From assembly GCA_963701095.1 (NCBI GenBank), contig OY969564.1:1952001-2016000 (forward strand): a stretch of DNA of 64,000 nt, read 5' to 3'. The notes under the pieces are model-generated. The model saw only the letters and a program-made list of their open reading frames with translations, ran no database searches and was not told where the DNA came from. The position numbers and the translations under genes were made by a program. Positions 1 to 14,312 of the stretch are shown piece after piece (position 1 is the stretch's first letter; each line of letters opens with the position of its first letter). This stretch comes from an uncultured Methanoregulaceae archaeon (GTDB taxonomy: Archaea > Halobacteriota > Methanomicrobia > Methanomicrobiales > Methanospirillaceae).

Positions 1-94
1 GTATTCTGTGAAATAATATGATCCACAAATTCTGATGAAGTCCCGACGAAAACTGCTTTTGGCAGGGATCGGGATCGAAGTGAATGCAAGCAAT

Positions 95-350
95 AAAGTA
101 TAAATAATACTGCAACCTATATTACAAGCCCGTGTTTAAATCAAAAACACGACGAAAAATGAGTGATGAAGAATCAGGAAAATCTGGTCAAAACCGGGTC
201 TGGTTCTGAACTAAAATAATGCAGGTGAGAAGGTATAAATAACCAGAAAGCCTACATTATAAGCCCGTGTTTAAGTGAACAATCACGACGAACACACGCA
301 AATATTTGATGGAGATCCAACCAACCCGCGTGACGGGAGTTGGTTCTGAC
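95..350 (+). promoter_or_regulatory. Tandem rRNA operon promoters (135-bp imperfect repeat)
   Basis: TATAAATA at 99-106 and 234-241, each after a purine-rich BRE-like run and followed by AAGCCCGTGTTTAA (126-139, 261-274), CACGACGAA and GGTTCTGA. Confidence 0.75.
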
Positions 351-433
351 GTTGATACTGGCAATGCGGAAATTTGTTTAGTAACCGCTAATTCCTCGAA
401 ATTAAGGTTCAGATAGTGTGCGTATTTATATGA

Positions 434-1901
<1,468 letters not shown>

Positions 1902-1969
1902 AACGAATTTTATTTCGGGTTAAAGCGGTTACTGGACAAACTGTAAAATTGCCGGTGTCAACACATGAA

Positions 1970-2024
1970 GGCTCAAGTGCCAGATAAGGTGGCATTCCGG
2001 TCTGGGTTCGACTCCCAGGGAGCT
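1970..2024 (+). ncRNA. Degenerate tRNA-like element in the 16S-23S spacer
   Basis: T-arm CTGGG-TTCGACT-CCCAG, one further hairpin TGCCA-GATAAGG-TGGCA, short closing stem GGCTC/GAGCT; no TGC anticodon loop and one arm missing. Confidence 0.55.
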
Positions 2025-2148
2025 GTTTAGATGCACCTCGAGATGTGAATCACGAGGGAAGGGCTGAAAGTCAAACCAATGACTTTGCGACGCCGTGTAA
2101 AGGTTTGCACTCAGGACGTTAAATGGGTTTAGCGGAGCATTAGTTTAA

Positions 2149-5060
<2,912 letters not shown>

Positions 5061-5144
5061 ACCACGCTAAACCCAGACGAAATTCTGAGTGCAAACCTTA
5101 TATCTTATCCTGACATACAGGATAGGGTATCATCCTACACGGTC

Positions 5145-5216
5145 GCCAAGGTGGCGGAGCGGCCACGCGGTTGACTGCAGATCAACTACACTCCGGTTCA
5201 AATCCGGACCTTGGCT
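5145..5216 (+). tRNA. tRNA-Cys(GCA) #1, in the rRNA operon; G37, U73
   Basis: GCCAAGG/CCTTGGC acceptor stem, anticodon arm GTTGA-CTGCAGA-TCAAC, T-arm TCCGG-TTCAAAT-CCGGA. Confidence 0.97.
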
Positions 5217-5300
5217 TGGATCGGATTCCAGAAATGGGATGCCGATCTGACGAAGAATAGCATCTAATTCTTCGGCTGCAAACAAAAAAGCAAATCATGT

Positions 5301-5427
5301 GGTGATAGCGGCCATAGCTGTCGGGAAACACCTGGTCTCATTCCGAACCCAGCAGTTAAGCTGACACACGTAGTATGCTGTACCGAGGTACGCGAGTCCC
5401 CGGGAACCATACCAAGCTGCTATCACC
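5301..5427 (+). rRNA. rrf: 5S rRNA
   Basis: Terminal stem GGTGATAGC/GCTATCACC, motif CATTCCGAACCC...GTTAAG, position downstream of 23S. Confidence 0.95.
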
Positions 5428-5606
5428 TTCCTTCTTACAAGAAGTCTGTTCTTATAATATTTTATCAGGGAGCGTACGCTTTCGTAACGTCATCGTATCG
5501 TTTTAGCGATCCTTAAGGCTCACGACCTTCTCTGACGTCTATCAGATCTTAATTGAAATTTTATATCTTCGTTCGTAACAATATCTGTCGTTTTTCTCTT
5601 TGGGAT

Positions 5607-6245
5607 TTAAGAATGCAAAGGCGCATTTTCTTCTTTTTGTCGAGCCGGGCAAAAATTGCAAATAGAAAAGAACACTTCTTTTTCGCGATCCCTGATGAGA
5701 CAATAGTAGATGCCGTCCCGGTCTTCAACCACAAATCCCCCCGGGAATGGCATTCCTACGGGATGACCGGGCTGATCCAGTACAAACATCGTAAACGCAG
5801 CCATGAGGTAGTAAAAGAGCCGGTGTCGCGGGGAGTAGTGAAATGGCGTTCTTTCTGCATTTTCATCCCAGGTAAAACAACCTTCGGGAATCATTGCACA
5901 GAACTTTTCAAAGAGCTCGCGATCCCGGATTAGTTCGCCAAAATGATTGGACTTTTTGGAGCGGTGCAACAGAAGAAGCCGATGGTGTGCCCCGAATATC
6001 TGTTCGTGAAAAAACGGGCGGACCCGGCTGCGATATGGTTCAGGTAAAACATTTACTTCCAAAAACAGACGTCCACCAATTATCTGGAGATCAGGAAGGG
6101 AATACCTGTTTACCTCGGCAGCAATGGCGTCGCATAAGTCATCTTTTGTTTTTGCCGTTTCAAGGCGATGCGCGATGACTGCAATCTCCTCTTTTTTCAA
6201 GGGTAGACTTTTCTCGTTATTACCCATCATAGATCCATGATCCAT
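5607..6245 (-). CDS. DUF2115/UPF0305-like methanogen protein
   Basis: Motifs HPVGMPFPGG, YYC and CNFCPA recalled as typical of the family. Confidence 0.75.
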   Translation of the reverse strand: MDHGSMMGNNEKSLPLKKEEIAVIAHRLETAKTKDDLCDAIAAEVNRYSLPDLQIIGGRLFLEVNVLPEPYRSRVRPFFHEQIFGAHHRLLLLHRSKKSNHFGELIRDRELFEKFCAMIPEGCFTWDENAERTPFHYSPRHRLFYYLMAAFTMFVLDQPGHPVGMPFPGGFVVEDRDGIYYCLIRDREKEVFFSICNFCPARQKEENAPLHS

Positions 6246-6342
6246 ATTACCGTCGTTGTTGTACCGTGTGAGCCAGTACCATATTATCCTGTTCCACCGG
6301 ATACATTCGAGCCATTATTTCAAAAGAAGTTCGACAAAACGC

Positions 6343-6543
6343 TCAACAGGTTACATGTGTCATTTCCATTGTTGACGAAAGAAACTCCAGCATGGATATG
6401 TCATTTCCCGGGAAATCCCATGTGCGTTGCAGGCTGACGGCGTTTCTCATCCTTGCTTCCCTAGGTCTCCTTTTCGGTCGCCCCCGAAAGTGCGACTCCT
6501 GTTCTAACCGGCGCAATTTTTTCGTCAATTCTCCCATACCCAT
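6343..6543 (-). CDS. Small hypothetical protein
   Basis: 66-aa ORF filling an intergenic gap, co-oriented with the DUF2115 gene; no recognised motif. Confidence 0.3.
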   Translation of the reverse strand: MGMGELTKKLRRLEQESHFRGRPKRRPREARMRNAVSLQRTWDFPGNDISMLEFLSSTMEMTHVTC

Positions 6544-6665
6544 TAGATCATTTCGGGTTGGTCAAAGGATCTATTACGATGAATTTGTTGGGAAAAATCT
6601 ACACTCATCTTTTGCTAGTGTGACAAAACAATATCTATACTACCACCGGTGTCCCACTTTTTTGT

Positions 6666-7121
6666 ATGGACAATACCAAGGCTGCCCGCGATGCGCTTCC
6701 CGGCACAACCATTCCAGAGAAACTAGCCTCGATTGGAATAGAGCGGGGAAGGATGATTGAGGTTCGCGATCTGGAAGAAATTGGGCGTGATTATGGGATT
6801 GTTGTTTACCTTTTTTTTGAAAAAGATCTCGCGACCAATCATGAATTTGCGCAAATTGAAAACGAATTTCGTAATGTTCCTGAATACGAACGTCCATATG
6901 TCAAGGTTGACAGTTTCCTTAAATTCACCCGGGAGAACGATCCTTCATTTAACCGTACTCTCGATGAATTCCCACTTATGATTGAAATTGTTACAGTTGG
7001 TGAACTGCACGATCCACAAACCGGAAATGCACAGTTGTTTATCACCGGTCTTATGCCATTCTTAGAAGATTTTGATGTAGATACTGATCTGCTATCACAA
7101 CCAAAAGAAAACAGATGCTAA
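6666..7121 (+). CDS. Hypothetical protein
   Basis: 151-aa acidic ORF with protein-like composition. Confidence 0.7.
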   Translation: MDNTKAARDALPGTTIPEKLASIGIERGRMIEVRDLEEIGRDYGIVVYLFFEKDLATNHEFAQIENEFRNVPEYERPYVKVDSFLKFTRENDPSFNRTLDEFPLMIEIVTVGELHDPQTGNAQLFITGLMPFLEDFDVDTDLLSQPKENRC

Positions 7122-7179
7122 ATTTTTAATTGATGATGAATTGTGCATATATCGATTACCGCGATTGAGGATTACCTCC

Positions 7180-7539
7180 ATGACGAAGAAATTTCCCCGG
7201 TTTATCTGGCAGTTTGTAATCGGTTTTGGTTTTCTTTCGGGACTTTGGACTTCAATTGGCATTGACCCCGAGGGTCTTATCATAGCCGCCCTTGGATCTG
7301 CAGTGACAAAAATCTCTTCTGATCCCGCAATCCGGGTTTTCTTTATTCTCTTGCCATTAGTTATCCTGATAATATCTGTGGTAGGTGCGTATCGGAAAGG
7401 CAGAGTTCCAGGCCTGATCGCGGTCTTTTTCGCTTATGGGGCAGGACTTGTAATACTTTTATCGACTCTATTGGGACTGCTATTTCTCTTAGTAGCGATA
7501 GTGATCGCATACAATTCTACGAAATCCAGAAGAAGATGA
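7180..7539 (+). CDS. Hypothetical membrane protein
   Basis: About 4 hydrophobic segments; GAGG upstream of ATG 7180. Confidence 0.7.
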   Translation: MTKKFPRFIWQFVIGFGFLSGLWTSIGIDPEGLIIAALGSAVTKISSDPAIRVFFILLPLVILIISVVGAYRKGRVPGLIAVFFAYGAGLVILLSTLLGLLFLLVAIVIAYNSTKSRRR

Positions 7540-7595
7540 AAAGAAATCCGGGTAACTCAACACTATAAATTCTGGCACGACAAAAATATCTGTTC

Positions 7596-8339
7596 ATGAG
7601 TTTGTTTCCCAAGAAAAATCTTATCGGTTATTTTGATACGATTGTCCCGAGTAAATATCTCTTGAAATTTAGAAAACTGGCTGTTTTAGAGCCTTTTATG
7701 GGGTATGATATTGCACAGAGGGGACGACTTTCACACTATGGCTGCGCCGAGCGTAAGGAGTTTGCATCCAACCTGAAAAAGATCCGTTCTGATACTGACC
7801 TTCTCTTGGAAGACATCGAAGCATATCAAATCTATATGGCCGCAAAAATCACCGAAAAAGTTGCCGGCGATATAGCGGAAGTCGGTGTCTACAAAGGTGG
7901 TTCTGCCAAGATCATATGTTCGGCCAAGGGAGAACGTGTGCTTCATCTCTTCGATACCTTTGCCGGACTCCCCCGTGTAGACGATGTGGACGCTGTATGG
8001 CCGTTTTACGAAGGGAAATTTGCCGCATCCTATGATGATGTGAAAACCTATCTGTCACAAGAAAAGAATGTTTTTCTTTATAAGGGAATCTTCCCTGATA
8101 CGTCAGGACCCGTAAGAGATATAAGGTTCTCTTTTGTCAATCTTGATGTGGATACTTATAATAGTACGAAACAATGTCTCGAATTTTTCTATCCCCGGAT
8201 GAACTCAGGAGGTGTAATCGTTTCCCATGATTACCTTACAGCACCAGGAGTACGGAAAGCAGTAGACGAATACTTCGCCAATAAACCTGAACCGGTAGTC
8301 GAGACTGCAGCTTCACAGTGCATTGTCGTGAAACTGTAA
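7596..8339 (+). CDS. TylF/MycF-family O-methyltransferase
   Basis: GDIAEVGVYKGGS, FDTFAGLP, LDVDTY and HDY motifs. Confidence 0.85.
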   Translation: MSLFPKKNLIGYFDTIVPSKYLLKFRKLAVLEPFMGYDIAQRGRLSHYGCAERKEFASNLKKIRSDTDLLLEDIEAYQIYMAAKITEKVAGDIAEVGVYKGGSAKIICSAKGERVLHLFDTFAGLPRVDDVDAVWPFYEGKFAASYDDVKTYLSQEKNVFLYKGIFPDTSGPVRDIRFSFVNLDVDTYNSTKQCLEFFYPRMNSGGVIVSHDYLTAPGVRKAVDEYFANKPEPVVETAASQCIVVKL

Positions 8340-8418
8340 TTTTAAATAACGGTCCTCTTTTTAGAGCACTTTTGTAGAAACAAACATCAATTTTAAAAAA
8401 AAAACGTTGTGCACCCTC

Positions 8419-8598
8419 TTATTCCTTGAAAATCAGGACTCCAAAGATGATGAACATCAGTCCTGCCAGGAGAACTACTATGCCAATGAGACCTTTAACT
8501 GCAACAACTACATCGGGAAGGAACTCCACAATTGCATAACCGCCCAGTATCAGGAGTACGATGCCCACTACCAGTGCCGCAATTCCGGTTTTATCCAT
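8419..8598 (-). CDS. Small two-helix membrane protein
   Basis: Two hydrophobic segments. Confidence 0.65.
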   Translation of the reverse strand: MDKTGIAALVVGIVLLILGGYAIVEFLPDVVVAVKGLIGIVVLLAGLMFIIFGVLIFKE

Positions 8599-8706
8599 AG
8601 ATTTATGCTCCAATATAGTCTCTCTAAATGACATCATATAAGTGTGTTGCCTTAAGATATCGGACTTATAGTGGTCTTCTTATTTCAGTCATAATATCGA
8701 GGGATT

Positions 8707-9336
8707 TCAGGTACGGGTAATCCTGAGGATCTCAATTATGACCTCATGAACTTCCTTTGTATGGAAGGAAAACGATCTTTTTATAGGAAAGATGCCACCG
8801 ACTTGTCCGGTTACTTTTCCTCTACCTTTAATATATGACTCCACAAATGGGGTTGAACCCGCGTTAAAAATACCATACGTGACCGGGGCAAGAACAAGGG
8901 CACAGTCGATAAAAGGCCGGTCTGCGTGTAATTTCTGCTTCTGTGCGCCGAACGGAGGGTTCATGATTACGGTATCACAGGGACCGACTTGTTCCTCAAG
9001 GGTCGGTGTGGCAGTCGGACTACTCAGATCGGACACGATAAAGGAGATATCAACTTCGAACAGTGCCGCATTCGTTTGGGCTGCACGGATCGCTCCCGGA
9101 TCGAAATCAACAGCCATCACTTTTTTCGCGCCAAGCAGTGCTGCCCCAATTGCAAGGATACCCGTACCACAACCGAGATCCATCACCGCTTTTCGTTCAA
9201 TATCCCCGTGTAAGAATGCATCGTAAAGGAGCCGGGCTCCAAGCGGAGCTGGTGTCTGGTACTGCTCCCATTCTGCTCGCGGTTTCTCAAAACCTTTGCA
9301 CCGCTGCAATGCCATCTCCAGATGCCTGAGTTTCAT
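8707..9336 (-). CDS. METTL5-family RNA adenine methyltransferase
   Basis: EQYQTP, DLGCGTG, NPPFG and FSFH motifs. Confidence 0.9.
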   Translation of the reverse strand: MKLRHLEMALQRCKGFEKPRAEWEQYQTPAPLGARLLYDAFLHGDIERKAVMDLGCGTGILAIGAALLGAKKVMAVDFDPGAIRAAQTNAALFEVDISFIVSDLSSPTATPTLEEQVGPCDTVIMNPPFGAQKQKLHADRPFIDCALVLAPVTYGIFNAGSTPFVESYIKGRGKVTGQVGGIFPIKRSFSFHTKEVHEVIIEILRITRT

Positions 9337-10286
9337 ACGATCTCATCGATCATGTAATCGTCCCAGTTTCTTGCGCCACAGAGTATTTCGAATTCCTGTG
9401 GTGAAAGGACGGGTTTTCCAAATCGCACCTGATCGTCATAGGCAAGGCGAGGACATGCGGTGTTTACATAGCAGTCAAAGCCGAGGTTGAGTAATTCGTC
9501 GGGATTAATCTCTCGCATTGCAATAATAGATGTCCCTGGAACGAGTTTTGCAAGCTGCCTCGCAAGATCCCAGCGCTGCTGACCACTTTTTGTGCTGACA
9601 AGAATACCAATGTTCCGGGAGTTCCGGGCTTTTTCAATGATTGCAGACCGGCGCCGCAGGAGAGAATCAGCACTTACTTCGACCGCGGTGCCTGTGAACG
9701 GGTCAAGTGCAACGACCCGGGTTTTCGTCGAAAGTGCAATGCCGGTCGGATGGAAAATACCTGTTCCAATAAACAGGACTTCACTTACCCCGGTCATTTT
9801 TGCGGCGGTAAAATTACACCCTAAAACCTGTCCCCGGAGAGGTGCCCGGTTCGTCCCATGTGCCACTCGCACTTCATATCCCTGTGATGCGAGAAATGTC
9901 TCCATTTTCGGCACGAGATGGGCATGCTGTACCGTTGTTACAAGGCAAATGGTCTTTTCCCGGAGTAAAGGAAATGCATGAGAGAGGGTTGTGACATCAA
10001 AATCGACGGCCCACGGCTCGAAAATTACCTGGGGAGACTCTTCTACCGGGGCATGTCCGAAATGGACAAGAACGTCCGCCCCCCCTTGTGAAACTGTATC
10101 CAATGCGAGATCACACGCGCCGTAGCAGGGGTCGCCGCTTATGATAACAGAGAACCCTGCTGCTGTAATCTTGGAAGATACAGCTGCAGCCTGCCGTTTG
10201 AGGCCTTCTGGAAACTGGAGAACAACAGTACGCGCACCCCGCTGTTTCAGGGTCTGGATCAGGTCAGATGTACCGCTCAACCACAT
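9333..10286 (-). CDS. dph2: Diphthamide biosynthesis enzyme Dph2
   Basis: LQFPEGLK, CYGACD, HFGH, QVLGC, TACPR; start uncertain. Confidence 0.92.
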   Translation of the reverse strand: MWLSGTSDLIQTLKQRGARTVVLQFPEGLKRQAAAVSSKITAAGFSVIISGDPCYGACDLALDTVSQGGADVLVHFGHAPVEESPQVIFEPWAVDFDVTTLSHAFPLLREKTICLVTTVQHAHLVPKMETFLASQGYEVRVAHGTNRAPLRGQVLGCNFTAAKMTGVSEVLFIGTGIFHPTGIALSTKTRVVALDPFTGTAVEVSADSLLRRRSAIIEKARNSRNIGILVSTKSGQQRWDLARQLAKLVPGTSIIAMREINPDELLNLGFDCYVNTACPRLAYDDQVRFGKPVLSPQEFEILCGARNWDDYMIDEIV

Positions 10287-10812
10287 GCACCCGGTCGGTG
10301 ACATTGATCTTTACAAGCGACTTATACAGTCTCCCGATGTCGGGATCCCCACGCTGGATTGCAATACAGACGTCTATTACCTCAGCGCCTGCAATTTCGA
10401 GGGCAGAAAGAAGCGCCTTCATTGTGCCTCCAGTGCTCACCACATCATCGATAATCACCACGCGATCTCCTTTATAGACGCCGTTCAGGTACAGTTCACC
10501 TTTTGAGTAGCCGGTCTTCTGGTGGACCGGCACTTCAAAAGGAAGCTCGTACTCCCGTTTACGCATGACGGTAACGGGAATATCGGTCATAACTGAGAGA
10601 ACGGCTCCTATGTGGATGCCCATCGCTTCAACAACCACGATCTTGTCGACGTTGTTTAAATCGAGTACCTTTATCATCGCGGTGCAAACATCGCGAAGGA
10701 GCGCGGGTTCAATAAGAGGAACACCGTCGGTAATGGGGTGTATGAAATAATTATACTCCCCCCGTTTCACCATCGGACTTTTTTCAAGTGAATCAACCAG
10801 TTTTTCAAGCAT
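10264..10812 (-). CDS. hpt: Hypoxanthine/guanine phosphoribosyltransferase (archaeal)
   Basis: YNYFIHPITDG and PRPP loop VIIDDVVSTGGT. Confidence 0.88.
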   Translation of the reverse strand: MLEKLVDSLEKSPMVKRGEYNYFIHPITDGVPLIEPALLRDVCTAMIKVLDLNNVDKIVVVEAMGIHIGAVLSVMTDIPVTVMRKREYELPFEVPVHQKTGYSKGELYLNGVYKGDRVVIIDDVVSTGGTMKALLSALEIAGAEVIDVCIAIQRGDPDIGRLYKSLVKINVTDRVHVVERYI

Positions 10813-11902
10813 GCATATCACTAAAATCCTTTAAGAATGCCTCAATTGTATCGCGATGCACATGTGGCATGCAAACGATCCGCAGATCGCCGTTCCGGGT
10901 CCATGAAACTTTCCATGGTTGAGGTGAGCTTTTGCAAACAAAAGTCGCAACATTGACGTCCGGGGTGGCTGCCGGTGCAATGCCGAGCGTCGCCATACCT
11001 GCGGCAAGGCGTTTTGTATTCTTCATGCAGCCGCAAACTACTGCTTTCATGCCCTCAGTACCAAGGTAATCGAGCACGGCAAGTGCACCTGCTACCGGGG
11101 CCCCGGTGCGGGTACCGGCAAGGGTAAATTCCTTTTTCACGGTGAGGTAGGGTGTATCAATATTAAGTGTATCGAGCAGATCAGGCTCCCGGGTAAGCAG
11201 GACACCTGCTGGAATGGTACTCATGCCCATCTTATGCGGATCGACGGCAATGGTAGTCACCCCCGGCAGGGCAAAATCAAAAGGAATAGGTTTTTCCAGA
11301 AACGGGATTACCATCCCACCGAATGCAGCATCTATATGAAGGCAGATGTCGTGCTGGTAGGCTATCTTTGCAAGATCCTCTATCGGGTCAACCATTCCAT
11401 ATTCGGTAGAGCCTGCAATACCAACCAGGCAAATTGTGTTTTTATCAATCTGTTCGGCAGCAATATCCGCCAGCATCCGGTGATCGGGTCCTGTAGGTAC
11501 TGTTCGCATCTCAAGGGAGAGGAGATCACAGGCTTTCTTAAACGAGAAATGGGCGGACTTTGGGAGAACCACGTTGGGGCAGTTTACCGGCTTTACAGCC
11601 TTTGCAAGCCGGAGCGCCTGTATATTCGACTCAGTACCTCCAGAAGTTGCGTATCCTCCTGCCTCTTTATGATGGAGAAGTATACCGAAGCGTTCAATAA
11701 GAAGACGTTCGAGTGCAGCAGTCCCGGGAAAGAGGCCTGGGTCGCCAAGATTGGTCTCCATGAACATGCAATGAGCTTTTACAGCGACCGGGTGCGGTAA
11801 TGTGCACATGGAGCTGAGAATGTACGTGTGATCGATGTCCTCTTTCTTTTGAGAGGATAAAAAAGAGAAGAGATCTTCTTCGGAAAGCCCTTTACTCAGC
11901 AT
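10805..11902 (-). CDS. mfnA: L-tyrosine/L-aspartate decarboxylase MfnA
   Basis: ILSSMCT, NLGDPGLFPGT, HIDAAFGG, PLP lysine DPHKMG. Confidence 0.92.
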   Translation of the reverse strand: MLSKGLSEEDLFSFLSSQKKEDIDHTYILSSMCTLPHPVAVKAHCMFMETNLGDPGLFPGTAALERLLIERFGILLHHKEAGGYATSGGTESNIQALRLAKAVKPVNCPNVVLPKSAHFSFKKACDLLSLEMRTVPTGPDHRMLADIAAEQIDKNTICLVGIAGSTEYGMVDPIEDLAKIAYQHDICLHIDAAFGGMVIPFLEKPIPFDFALPGVTTIAVDPHKMGMSTIPAGVLLTREPDLLDTLNIDTPYLTVKKEFTLAGTRTGAPVAGALAVLDYLGTEGMKAVVCGCMKNTKRLAAGMATLGIAPAATPDVNVATFVCKSSPQPWKVSWTRNGDLRIVCMPHVHRDTIEAFLKDFSDMHA

Positions 11903-14182
11903 CGCGGTTTCTCGCAGCTTCGAGGATGATGCGTTTCTCGGTTTTAGCGACCGCTTCCCGGATCTTTGCAATGGCATCAATATTTGCAGAAATGCTGGTA
12001 ATCCCGTGTTCAACAAGCCAGATTGCCATCTTGGGATCTGATCCCGCCTGCCCGCAAATCGAGCACTCCACACCATATGCACGGCATTGCTGGATAGAAT
12101 TGTGAATCAACGTGAGAACGGCAGGGTGTTGAGGATTGTACATATCAGCAACATTCTCGTTGTTCCGGTCTATAGCTATAGTATACTGGATCAGGTCATT
12201 TGTCCCAAATGAGGCGAACTTGATGCCGGCTTTGAGGAAATCTTCAATCATTATCGCGCTTGCCGGAATCTCGATCATGATCCCAAGTGCTACATTATCT
12301 ACATCGACGCCCCAGCCTCTCATCATTTCTTTTGCCTTGATAAACTGGTCAGGATGGGAGACCATGGGGAACATAACTCCAAGGTGCTCGTAACCTGCCT
12401 TCCAGAGACGTTTAAATGCCTCAACCTGAAGCCTGAACTGATCAAAACTCTGGAGATCCCGGCGGATACCGCGCCAACCGAGCATCGGATTATGCTCATG
12501 AGGCTCACTCTCTCCGCCCTGCATATTCCGGAACTCATCAGTGGGTGCATCCAAAGTGCGGACCCACACGGTTTTTCCCGGGAATGCATCGAGCACAATT
12601 TTAATACCGTCGTAGAGTTCTTTTACGAACTCCTCTTCTTTGTGGTTAGCGATAAACCAGCCGGGTGTCTTGTTGAGTCCAAGGATCAGATGTTCGATGC
12701 GGAGGAGGCCGACACCGTCAGCCCCGGTTGAAGCTGCCCTTGCTGCCGCCTCGGGAATAGATACATTGACTTTAACACTGGTGGCTGTTATTATCGGTGC
12801 GTTGCCGCCAGATGTCATAAACGCCGCCGCTCCTGTCTTTGATTGTGTTGTTGCGGTGGAAACTTCACCCTCATAGACGATACCCATCTCGCCGTCTACT
12901 GTCACGAGCTGACCGTTTTTCAGTTGCTGCGTACCTGTCTTCGTCCCAACTACGGCTGGTGTACCCAGTTCCCTGCTTACGATGGCAGCATGACAGGTCA
13001 TCCCCCCTTCATCTGTAACTATAGCAGCGACCTTTCTCATTGCCGGAACCATATCGGGGTTAGTCATACGAGTGACAAGTATGTCCCCCTCTTTTACCGA
13101 ACCGGTGTCCTTTGCATCCCGGATAATGACTACCTTACCGGTCGCGGTACCCGGCGCCGCTCCCTGGCCTTTCAGGAGAATCTTTGCATCTTTATTATGT
13201 CCAGACATGCCCTTTGCCTCTTTTTTACCTATGGTTGTAATCGGCCGGGACTGGAGAATGTATATTGTCCCTGCCACAATCCCCCATTCAACATCCTGCG
13301 GTATTCCATAATGGTTCTCGGCGATCTTGCCATACATCGCAAGCTTGGCAATTTCCGCATCCGAAAGGACTTGCGTATCCTGCCTTGCCGGATCTACGGC
13401 GACAAGTTTCGTACCATGGGAGCCATCGGGGATAATTTCGACTTTCTTGTTAGCTATCGTCTTCTCTCCAACAGATTCTGTCCGCTGGTCAAAGATATAG
13501 TGATCGGGTGAAACCGAACCAGAAACAACTGCCTCACCGAGCCCCCACGATCCCTCGATAATAGTGATGGAATCGCCGCTTATAGGATGAGAAGTAAACA
13601 TAACACCGGCTTTTTCTGAATGAACCAGCTGCTGGACCACGACCGCTATATTGACCGTGTGTTCCTCAAATCCCTGTTTTGCCCGGTAGTAGATTGCCCG
13701 AGCCCCATAAAGCGAAGCCCAACAGTTCTGGACCGCCGTAATAAGCGCTGCCTCACCCTTGATATTAAGATAGGTTTCCTGTTGGCCGGCGAAGCTTGCG
13801 TCCGGAAGATCTTCAGCCGTGGCGCTCGACCGTACCGCGACAATCAGGTCATTTTGTGACATCTTCTTATAGGATGCTTTGATGTCATCTTTTAATGCCG
13901 CCGGCATCTTCGCCTTTATTACCAGTGTCTTTATTGTGTCAGCAGCCTTTTCGAGAACAGCATTATTTTCTACATCGATATTTTCAGAAACCTTGAAGAT
14001 CTTCTGATCAAGACCTGTCTCAACGAGAAACCGCCGGAATGCCTGGGCAGTGACCACGAACGCCGGGGCACCGGAAGGCCGATAGACGCCATCTCCCCAA
14101 GGGATGCTCCCTTGCCTCCAACAGATGAAATATCCTCCTTCCTGATTTCTTCGAGCCATAGAATATTGGGCACATCTTTCAT
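11892..14182 (-). CDS. ppsA: Phosphoenolpyruvate synthase (1-nt frameshift near 14063, probably an assembly error)
   Basis: N-terminus VGGKGASLGEM in ORF 13970-14182 joins AVRSSA, TCHAAIVSRE, SFGTNDL in ORF 11892-14159. Confidence 0.92.
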
Positions 14183-14312
14183 GCTCGCACCACTTATGAT
14201 CTCACTTTCCTCTTTTAAATTATGATCATCCTTCGGTGGTACCTATGACGATGCGATTTCGAGAACCGAGAAGAATCCTGATTAGCTATTGCGCAGATAT
14301 TGTATGGGTTTT

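Noticed and set aside
32..75. CTGATGA...GAAA resembling a hammerhead ribozyme core
   Set aside because: Stem II would have only a 2-nt loop and no correctly placed NUH follows the next hairpin; better explained as part of the rRNA leader repeats
6246..6345. Possible UGA read-through (VTC*AFC) extending the 6343-6543 ORF, as for selenocysteine
   Set aside because: No recognisable family, no SECIS-like element seen and no Sec machinery in the window
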